Assembly (NCBI RefSeq): GCF_050337105.1
Contig: NZ_JAKJSQ010000024.1
Coordinates: 1-32,000, forward strand
Length of the DNA: 32,000 bases
From: Aliivibrio kagoshimensis
GTDB lineage: Bacteria; Pseudomonadota; Gammaproteobacteria; Enterobacterales; Vibrionaceae
Direction: 5' to 3'
Part shown: one piece after another, positions 1 through 6,182 of the stretch
Layout of the letters: each line of letters starts with the position of its first letter
Numbering within the stretch: position 1 is the first letter of the stretch
Program-made: the position numbers and the translations under genes
The notes under the pieces: generated by a model
Told to the model about the DNA's origin: nothing
The model's database searches: none
Seen by the model: only the letters and a program-made list of their open reading frames with translations

Positions 1-473
1 GTATTATATTTATATCAGTTGTTTTAAGTATATTAGTGGGGTGTGGTACAACTCGTATGGCTTACACGCCAAATGATGTTGATATTGAGAAAGCTCCGAT
101 GCTAATTGATAGGATGATAATGACTCAGCATCGTGCATGGAAACCAGATTATTTTGTCATTACTGAACATTACTTTGGTTGGGATTTTGGATATGAATCT
201 ACAACAAGTGGAGTCGGAAGTGTAGTAGGTGATAGTGGTATTGTTTTTTCTAGCTCTTCCAGCACAACTCATAGAGTCTCAGATCGGGTTTACTATGACG
301 AAGTTGCTGAAGTGAAATTATTAGACTGGACAAGAAAATTTAAACAGTGGTACGTAGTTACGCTTTATCGAGAGGATGGAAGTCAGATTATGCATATATT
401 ACGTACACGTAATTTAAAAGATGCCCAAATAATGGTTGATGCGGTTAATACTTTTCTAAAAAATCGCACATAA
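1..473 (+). CDS. Hypothetical lipoprotein, 5' end outside the window
   Basis: The frame of ORF 36..473 stays open back to nt 3. It reads IIFISVVLSILVGCGT, a hydrophobic signal segment with lipobox L-V-G-C. The listed GTG at 36 is therefore probably internal, and the stop TAA at 471-473 lies inside the repeat motif. I recognise no family. Confidence 0.6.
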   Translation, partial: IIFISVVLSILVGCGTTRMAYTPNDVDIEKAPMLIDRMIMTQHRAWKPDYFVITEHYFGWDFGYESTTSGVGSVVGDSGIVFSSSSSTTHRVSDRVYYDEVAEVKLLDWTRKFKQWYVVTLYREDGSQIMHILRTRNLKDAQIMVDAVNTFLKNRT

Positions 474-685
474 CAAATAAGAATAGGGCGGTGTTGAACA
501 AGCCCGAAGCTCCTCTCTATAATATAGTAAATTGTGAAGTTTGAGGTTATCGAGGTGATTTTGCTAGAGCAGCTCGTACCGTTTTTGTGAATTACGGGGA
601 CAGACACTTTTTCTTAATGGACGCATTTTCGGACGAATAATCATGCAACTACGTGAAATCTAGATAGGTTCAACCGCTAAAGGCT
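472..685. repeat. Modular repeat, copy 1 (L block, C block, degenerate recombinase 5' fragment, second core site)
   Basis: L block 472-504 is AACAAATAAGAATAGGGCGGTGTTGAACAAGCC and recurs at 3256-3288 and 4255-4288. Bases 536-559 are identical 24/24 to 1869-1892, with about 70% identity onward to about 600. Bases 589-616 match 3514-3541 at 27/28. A second core, GTTCAAC, lies at 668-674 and is preceded by CTAGATAGG (compare CTAGAATAGGG in the L block). Confidence 0.7.
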
Positions 686-755
686 TCTACTTTTTAACGT
701 AGAAGACGGTATTAAAATAGCTGTGGAGAAATCCTACAGCCTCGTTATGTGCCTA

Positions 756-959
756 CTATTGTGCTACTCGATCTATCGTCACACTTACTTTAGGCGCAAT
801 TATTAAAACCATGATAGGAACTAAAATTATTGTTATTGCCAAGGTTTGTTGCCACAGAGGTAATTGAAAACCTAGGTTTGTGAGTATAAATATTAGTAAT
901 GTCACAATAGGATAAACACACGCCCAAGTTAAAATAATTCTAAATATTTTTTTCTTCAT
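756..959 (-). CDS. Small 2-TM membrane protein (DUF2798-like)
   Basis: The 67-aa product has two hydrophobic helices. Its start lies 2 nt after the MarR stop, so it is the last gene of a three-gene minus-strand operon. The DUF2798 assignment is from memory of that family's size and pattern. Confidence 0.55.
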   Translation of the reverse strand: MKKKIFRIILTWACVYPIVTLLIFILTNLGFQLPLWQQTLAITIILVPIMVLIIAPKVSVTIDRVAQ

Positions 960-961
960 AT

Positions 962-1393
962 TTATCCCATTAATTTATTTATTTCATTGAAATATCCAGG
1001 AAGAACATTGGATAAACAGGTAATTCCTTTTTTTGTTAGTGAAATTTTCTTTGCTCTTTTATCTGTATCATCATTACTCGAAGTCAGTAAGCCATCCTCA
1101 ATTAACCTTTTTAACGTCCTTGTCAGTACTGGCCGTGACACGTCTAAACGGGATGCGATTTCATGTGCATAGAGACTGGTTCTATCGGGCTCTCGATCAA
1201 TAACAATAAGTATTAAAAACCTTAGCTGTGAAAGATCATGACTAGAAAAATAGGTTTCTATATTCCTTACTAGCAGGCTTGATTGTCGCATTATGCAAAG
1301 AGCTTCAGTTATTGTGTTCTTCTCATTACTTGTTAAATCACTTGTGTATTTATCAAGCATTGCTTTGGTCGGAAGTTCCTTTAGAAAAAACAT
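962..1393 (-). CDS. MarR family transcriptional regulator
   Basis: The 143-aa product has a winged-helix region (LYAHEIASRLDVSRPVLTRTLKRLIEDGLL...DKRAKKISLTKKG) typical of MarR. Confidence 0.85.
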   Translation of the reverse strand: MFFLKELPTKAMLDKYTSDLTSNEKNTITEALCIMRQSSLLVRNIETYFSSHDLSQLRFLILIVIDREPDRTSLYAHEIASRLDVSRPVLTRTLKRLIEDGLLTSSNDDTDKRAKKISLTKKGITCLSNVLPGYFNEINKLMG

Positions 1394-1402
1394 ATTTTAC
1401 CT

Positions 1403-1693
1403 TTAGGCTAGTTTAATAAGTTTAGAAATTTCAGGTGGGGTTGCTAACCAGTCAGTGTAAGCTTCAAAAACAGCTTTTGTATAACCCATTTCATGATGAA
1501 GTTTCAAAGCATTGTCATCAATCCATTCTTCGTATAGGTATAAACTACCAGCTCCATCTTCATGGAGTGTAAACTCTAAGCACCCAGATTCATTCCGAGT
1601 CTGCGATATAATTTCTATAATAGCCTCTTTTGATACCTCAAAATATTCTGGTTTTGGCGTTATCTTTGCAAAAATAAACGTATGCTTATTCAT
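1403..1693 (-). CDS. Antibiotic-biosynthesis-monooxygenase (ABM) family protein
   Basis: It has ABM-like ferredoxin-fold sequence (FIFAKITPKPEY...GCLEFTLHED...LYLYEEWIDDNALKLHH). I chose the ATG at 1693 because AAGGA lies 7 nt upstream. The ORF track's longer start at 1726 is possible. Confidence 0.8.
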   Translation of the reverse strand: MNKHTFIFAKITPKPEYFEVSKEAIIEIISQTRNESGCLEFTLHEDGAGSLYLYEEWIDDNALKLHHEMGYTKAVFEAYTDWLATPPEISKLIKLA

Positions 1694-1731
1694 AAATATA
1701 TCCTTCATTTGAAATTTAGTTATCATGGTAA

Positions 1732-1935
1732 CTATATTTCAAATGAAGTCACTTTACAAGGCACATAATGAATTAACGGGGACTGGCACTTTTCCAGGCA
1801 ATCGAGATATTGAGTCACTCGCGTTACGGCTCGTGAGTACGCATCTATGGTGGCAGGTCGTTTTCCTTGAAGTTTGAGGTTATCGAGGTGATGTTGGTAC
1901 AGTAATTCGTATCGTTTTTGTTGTTGAATATCCAT
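1732..1935 (-). pseudogene. Truncated tyrosine recombinase, N-terminal SAM-like domain only
   Basis: MDIQQQKRYELLYQHHLDNLKLQGKRPATIDAYSRAVTRVTQYLD matches the N-terminal core-binding (SAM-like) domain of tyrosine recombinases, including the type found upstream of some IS91-family transposases. The ORF ends after about 67 codons, with no catalytic domain, directly against the ABM gene. Confidence 0.65.
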
Positions 1936-2023
1936 AACAGATCTCCACTTAATCTGGTTTAATAACAATCAGTTAGGGTAGTATGGTTTTTATTCCGCCG
2001 CGAAGCGGCTTCGTTCAACAAGC
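1866..2023. repeat. Parent copy of the repeat: recombinase 5' coding region, leader, GC hairpin and core site
   Basis: Bases 1869-1930 align with 536-597. The hairpin GCCGC-GAA-GCGGC is at 1997-2009 and the core GTTCAACAAGC at 2013-2023. Confidence 0.6.
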
Positions 2024-2149
2024 AATTAAACAAGGACAAAAAATAGTGGTTTTTGTTCCTTCGTCACTATTTTCGCCAACAATTTTTTACCTGTTAATGT
2101 GGGCGTTAGAAGCTTGCTATACCAATAGGACCCACTTAAACGATGCTCG

Positions 2150-2158
2150 TGATATAAT
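2150..2158 (+). promoter_or_regulatory. Possible extended -10 promoter element (TGATATAAT) for the yhfG-fic pair
   Basis: The TGnTATAAT match lies 32 nt upstream of the ATG at 2190. I saw no good -35 element. Confidence 0.3.
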
Positions 2159-2189
2159 GGGAGTATGATTAAGATATTAGGTTTCCAGT

Positions 2190-2666
2190 ATGAATGTTTC
2201 GATAACTAAGATCTTGGCTTGTAAGAGTGTTGAAGAGCTGAAGTCGCTAGATTCTTATTTAGGATTGAAAAGGTCAGTTGAAGATAAGTTAGGCTTTAAG
2301 CTGCACGTAAAGGGATGGGAGTCTTTTTTCAACCGTATAAAGTCCCTTAAATCGTTGGTTTCAAAAAGTAAAAATGAGTTAGAAAGAATTCCAGATGCTA
2401 AGTCTTTTGTAGAAGCTAAGCGAGAGGCTAATAATGTTCTAGGCTTTAAAATAGATGTAAAGGAACTATCTAAACTTAAGGAAATGCTGAGATCATTAAT
2501 ATCCGTATTTTCTCAAGCCGTGATCAGCGCCCATGAGCGGTTTGAATCAACTAAAATTAGAAATTTTGTCCATAGTTCTAGATTAGAAGGTATAGATATT
2601 TCCAATCAAATGCCGGAACAATCATTGGAAAGTATTCTAGCTAAATATAGAGTGAAACATGGATAA
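2190..2666 (+). CDS. yhfG: Fic antitoxin, YhfG/VbhA-like C-terminus with a long N-terminal extension
   Basis: The C-terminal part (KIRNFVHSSRLEGIDIS...LESILAKYR) resembles E. coli YhfG and contains the inhibitory S-x-x-x-E-G motif (S129..E133-G134, nt 2574-2591). Its stop overlaps the fic start (ATGGATAA at 2659-2666). The N-terminal roughly 100 aa contain an internal duplication. Confidence 0.7.
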   Translation: MNVSITKILACKSVEELKSLDSYLGLKRSVEDKLGFKLHVKGWESFFNRIKSLKSLVSKSKNELERIPDAKSFVEAKREANNVLGFKIDVKELSKLKEMLRSLISVFSQAVISAHERFESTKIRNFVHSSRLEGIDISNQMPEQSLESILAKYRVKHG

Positions 2667-3243
2667 GTATGATGCTTCTAACGATCATTACTGCTACAAG
2701 AATAGTTCGACTTTAGTCAATTTGCTAAACATCGAAGATATAGACACGTTGGAAGCTGCAGAGCGCGACATTACAGCTAAAACAGTGGCAAACGTTACTT
2801 TTTCTGAACCCCCTTACGATCTTGCGTATATGCAGAGTCTGCATCGTGAGCTTTTTTCTGTCTTGTACAGCTGGGCTGGTGAGGTTAGAGCTGTTGATAT
2901 ATCAAAAGGAGGTACTCGTTTTTGTACATGCTCACGTATTGAAGCTGAATCAGCCAAGCAGTTTGATAATTTAGCTAAAGATGGTTGGCTTAAAGGGCTA
3001 AAGCGGGAAGAGTTTTGTGAAAAACTAGCCGAATACTATTGCGAGTTCAATATGGTTCACCCTTTTAGGGAGGGGAACGGTAGGGTTCAGAGACTTTTGT
3101 TCGAACATTTAGCTCTAGCTGCAGGATATGAGCTAAATTGGGAGCATGTCGATACGTCTGAATGGGTGCAAGCAAATATCGACGGTGTTTATGTAAACTA
3201 CGAACCTATGAAAAACATATTCTTGACCGTTGTGCAATCCTAA
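2659..3243 (+). CDS. fic: Fic family protein (AMP transferase-type toxin)
   Basis: The canonical Fic motif HPFREGNGRVQR is at nt 3058-3093, and overall similarity to E. coli Fic (about 200 aa) is clear. Confidence 0.9.
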   Translation: MDKYDASNDHYCYKNSSTLVNLLNIEDIDTLEAAERDITAKTVANVTFSEPPYDLAYMQSLHRELFSVLYSWAGEVRAVDISKGGTRFCTCSRIEAESAKQFDNLAKDGWLKGLKREEFCEKLAEYYCEFNMVHPFREGNGRVQRLLFEHLALAAGYELNWEHVDTSEWVQANIDGVYVNYEPMKNIFLTVVQS

Positions 3244-3255
3244 CCATCCGCTTCT

Positions 3256-3360
3256 AACAAACTAGAATAAGGCGGTGTTGAACAAGCCTTAAACCCCTCC
3301 TATATAGTAAATTGTGAAGTTTGAGTTTGTGTCGACTTACGAGAACAGACACTTTTTATT
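3256..3360. repeat. Modular repeat, copy 2 (L and C blocks, internally deleted recombinase-leader fragment)
   Basis: The L block is at 3256-3288 (AACAAACTAGAATAAGGCGGTGTTGAACAAGCC). The C block shares TAGTAAATTGTGAAGTTTGAG with copy 1. About 45 nt are missing relative to copy 1, followed by ACTTACGAGAACAGACACTTTTT. CAGACACT (3346-3353) and AGTGTCTG (3383-3390) could pair. Confidence 0.7.
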
Positions 3361-3513
3361 GGTGATACTCCCTATAGATATGAGTGTCTGCCCCGCTGTA
3401 AACGTGAGTAAGAACCGACGAATCACGATCTCCGTTATATCTATGCGATTAAATAGTATGGAAACAAAATGTTAGAAATAGAGAAAGTTAACGAATCAAA
3501 TATTGAGTCAATG

Positions 3514-3541
3514 GAATTACGAGGACAGACACTTTTTCTTA
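3514..3541. repeat. Isolated fragment of the repeat R block
   Basis: GAATTACGAGGACAGACACTTTTTCTTA matches 589-616 at 27/28. Confidence 0.55.
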
Positions 3542-3655
3542 CTAAATGTAGATTTACCAAGGCTGTCATGCCATTTGCTGAGAAAATCGCCCGCCAGCAC
3601 ATGGCTCACTTATTAGCAGGGCGTTATGTGTTCTTTCTGAGTCAGGGTGACAATA

Positions 3656-4234
3656 ATGAAGAAGATACTGGTTATAAATGGAAACCCAAAAAAGCAAAGC
3701 CTCTGCAAATCATTAGCAGAAACATACGCGCACGGTGCAACGGCTTCAGGCCATGACGTTGATGTGTTTCATTTAGCAGATTGTGAATTTAGCACAGTCC
3801 TCAAATCTGGTTATGAGAATAAACAGCCTTTAGAAGAATCACTTCAAATCATTAAGGAAAAGATTGAAGAATCTAATCATGTGGTGGTTGTTTCTCCGGT
3901 TTGGTGGGGGTCAGTGCCAGCATTATTGAAAGGAATGGTAGATCGAATTTTTTTACCAGGTTTTGCATTCAAATATGAGAAAAGTGATGTGTTACCAAAA
4001 CGTCTATTAAAAGGAAGGTCTGCAAGAATCATTCTCACAATGGACACTCCAATTTGGTACTACAAACTCTTTTATGGATCTCCAGCCACAAAAATGATGA
4101 AAAAAACCGTATTTGAATTTTGTGGTTTCAGTCAGGTTAAAGTTACTGAGTTTGGCTCTGTTTTGAAATCTAATGAAAATCAGCGGATAAAATGGCTTGA
4201 AAAAGTGAAGCAGCAAGGTGTAATGGCTATTTAA
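3656..4234 (+). CDS. Flavodoxin-like-fold NAD(P)H dehydrogenase (quinone), KefF/MdaB-like
   Basis: MKKILVINGNPKKQSLCKSLAE...VVVSPVWWGSVPALLKGMVDRIF is typical of the Flavodoxin_2 family. I preferred the ATG at 3656 to the GTG at 3647. Confidence 0.85.
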   Translation: MKKILVINGNPKKQSLCKSLAETYAHGATASGHDVDVFHLADCEFSTVLKSGYENKQPLEESLQIIKEKIEESNHVVVVSPVWWGSVPALLKGMVDRIFLPGFAFKYEKSDVLPKRLLKGRSARIILTMDTPIWYYKLFYGSPATKMMKKTVFEFCGFSQVKVTEFGSVLKSNENQRIKWLEKVKQQGVMAI

Positions 4235-4236
4235 AG

Positions 4237-4332
4237 TTAGAACCAAAACGCAGATAAAAAACTAGAATAGGGCGGTATTGTACAAGCCGATAATGCAAAA
4301 CAAACAAGTACTAGGCTAAGCAGTTTTTTCAC
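4237..4332 (-). CDS. Candidate 31-aa mini-lipoprotein overlapping repeat L block copy 3
   Basis: A GTG at 4332 lies 8 nt downstream of AAGGAG (4341-4346 on +). The product is MKKLLSLVLVCFALSACTIPPYSSFLSAFWF, with lipobox L-S-A-C, and the stop TAA is at 4237-4239. It is too short for the ORF track, so treat it as speculative. Confidence 0.35.
   Translation of the reverse strand: MKKLLSLVLVCFALSACTIPPYSSFLSAFWF
4255..4288. repeat. Repeat L block, copy 3 (variant core ATTGTACAAGCC)
   Basis: AAAAAACTAGAATAGGGCGGTATTGTACAAGCC aligns with 472-504 and 3256-3288. It lies 21 nt after the stop of the preceding + strand gene. Confidence 0.6.
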
Positions 4333-4451
4333 GATAATAACTCCTTGCATATCGAATATAACCTGTTCATTACAAGTGCAATTCCAGATAATGTCAAATC
4401 ATTTACTAGTTATTGATAACTCGATTTTTGTACTCTGCGGAGTGTAATTTC

Positions 4452-4462
4452 GTTCAACAAGG
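4452..4462. repeat. Last copy of the core site (GTTCAACAAGG), probable accessory/core boundary
   Basis: It shares TTCGTTCAACAAG with 2010-2022. No repeat blocks occur to the right of it. Confidence 0.4.
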
Positions 4463-4544
4463 GTCAGTCATGGGCTCGGTGCCATGTACATATGATCAGA
4501 TTTAATAGGACGTAGTTAAAGCGGCATAGCTACACACAAAACTC

Positions 4545-4569
4545 AAAAAGGGAGCAACTTGCTCCCTTT
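4545..4569 (-). terminator. Rho-independent terminator downstream of codA
   Basis: The GGGAGCA-ACT-TGCTCCC hairpin (4550-4566) is flanked by AAAAA on the + strand, which gives a T run after the hairpin on the codA strand. Confidence 0.6.
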
Positions 4570-4602
4570 GTGGTTATTTACATCGATAAAAAAGTGCACT
4601 GC

Positions 4603-5895
4603 TTAACGCTTGAAGTCGATCGCTTCATCTTCTTCCAAATGAATCGTCGTCGTAGCTGGTTGTGTTTGAGCAATCAGTTTACCAGCACGAATCGAATAAC
4701 GAACCGGAACTTGGCGACGAACCGCATCAAATCCATTTTCTGCTGGCAGAATGAGCAAGTTACCTGGCTTACCTTCTTCGATACCATACTGATCTTGGAT
4801 ATTCAATGTACGTGCAGAGTGGGTGCTGATCAAATCGAGCGAGTGGTTGATCTGATCGTAACCCATCACTTGAGTAACATGTAAACCCATATGCAGAACT
4901 TGCAGCATATTGGCTGTTCCTAGTGGGTACCAAGGGTCAAATACGTCGTCGTGACCAAAACAAACATTAATGTCTGCAGCCAACATCTCTTTCACTCGGG
5001 TGACACCACGGCGTTTAGGGTAATCATCGAATCGGCCTTGTAAATGAATGTTAACCAATGGGTTGGCCACAAAGTTAATGCCAGACATTTTCAATAAACG
5101 GAATAGGCGAGACGCATAAGCGCCATTGTACGAACCCATTGCTGTCGTGTGGCTTGCCGTGACTTTATGACCCATTTCAAATTTAAGCGCTAGCGCGGCA
5201 AGTGTCTCTACAAAGCGGGACTGTTCGTCATCAATTTCATCACAGTGTACGTCGATTAAACAGTCGTATTTACGCGCAAGTTCGAACGTGTAATGCAGTG
5301 ACTCTACGCCATATTCTCGGGTGAATTCAAAGTGTGGGATCGCCCCAATAACGTCAGCACCTAGCTTGACCGCTTCTTCTAAAAGTTCTTTACCGTTCGG
5401 GTAGGAGAGTATGCCCTCTTGTGGAAAGGCCACAATCTGAATATCCACCCATTGCTTCATCTCTTCGCGAAGCTCAACCATGGCTTTTAGGGCAATTAAT
5501 GTTGGGTCTGAAACATCAACGTGGGTTCTAACATGCTGTACACCATTCGCAATTTGCCACTTTAAGGTTTGCTTCGCTCTTGATTTTACATCATCAATAG
5601 AGAGGGTTTGTTTACGCTCAGCCCAGCGCTCAATGCCTTCAAATAGCGTACCAGAGATATTCCAGCTTGGTTCGCCAGCAGTTTGAGTGGTATCTAGGTG
5701 AATGTGAGGTTCACAAAATGGCGCGATAGCGAGTCCACCTTCAGCATCGATGACAGATTCAGGAGCAATACCTTGATGACCGGTTGTAGAGATGGATTTG
5801 AACTGACCATCTTCAATCAGAATGTCAACAAGACCTTCCTGAGATGGAAGCTTGGCGTTTTTGATTAACAGGGTATTGCTAACGTTCTTAGACAT
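4603..5895 (-). CDS. codA: Cytosine deaminase
   Basis: The 430-aa product has the amidohydrolase metal motif HIHLD, and its length and overall sequence are close to E. coli CodA. Confidence 0.92.
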   Translation of the reverse strand: MSKNVSNTLLIKNAKLPSQEGLVDILIEDGQFKSISTTGHQGIAPESVIDAEGGLAIAPFCEPHIHLDTTQTAGEPSWNISGTLFEGIERWAERKQTLSIDDVKSRAKQTLKWQIANGVQHVRTHVDVSDPTLIALKAMVELREEMKQWVDIQIVAFPQEGILSYPNGKELLEEAVKLGADVIGAIPHFEFTREYGVESLHYTFELARKYDCLIDVHCDEIDDEQSRFVETLAALALKFEMGHKVTASHTTAMGSYNGAYASRLFRLLKMSGINFVANPLVNIHLQGRFDDYPKRRGVTRVKEMLAADINVCFGHDDVFDPWYPLGTANMLQVLHMGLHVTQVMGYDQINHSLDLISTHSARTLNIQDQYGIEEGKPGNLLILPAENGFDAVRRQVPVRYSIRAGKLIAQTQPATTTIHLEEDEAIDFKR

Positions 5896-6182
5896 GCTTT
5901 TTCCTCGATTGAACCGACAAGAGAATCATACTCTATATTAAGCCAATTGATCGGATAGTTTCCCTTGGAGGTGCTTATTGATTAGCGGTGCAGATACATT
6001 AACTGCGAGCCAGTGGGTTTTAAGCGTGAAATAGATGAAACGTGAAGGGGAAGTTTGTGAGTGAGGTGGCTAACTTGTCAGCTCTACTGCCCAAAAAATA
6101 GTGATAATCAGTGGAATCAGTCCAGGTATGGTAAACCTATTACTAGCAGTATCAGAAATGAACTCAGTAAAAGGATAATCAA

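Noticed and set aside
383-607. A 74-aa ORF on the minus strand.
   Set aside because: It lies entirely within repeat copy 1 and the 3' end of the lipoprotein gene. It reads through a degenerate, frame-shifted copy of the recombinase fragment, so it is not a gene.
684-705. A hairpin (CTTCTAC-N8-GTAGAAG) as terminator of the minus-strand operon.
   Set aside because: It has no U run on either strand and lies within the repeat-flanking sequence, which is too weak to call.
1983-2168. A 61-aa ORF on the plus strand.
   Set aside because: It spans the repeat core, a hairpin and the promoter region. It has no SD and no recognisable features.
3469-3756. A 95-aa ORF on the plus strand.
   Set aside because: It contains a repeat fragment (3514-3541) and overlaps the well-supported oxidoreductase gene by about 100 nt in another frame. 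It is probably non-coding spacer.
472-4462. A canonical integron attC array (Vibrio-type chromosomal integron).
   Set aside because: GTTGAAC fits the R' consensus and ORFs are followed by the repeat. However, I found no complementary R''/L'' arm or 60-130 nt imperfect hairpin around any copy. The conserved sequence extends past the would-be crossover point (AAGCC), and no intI is in the window. I kept it as a hypothesis to test with the attC covariance model, not as a call.
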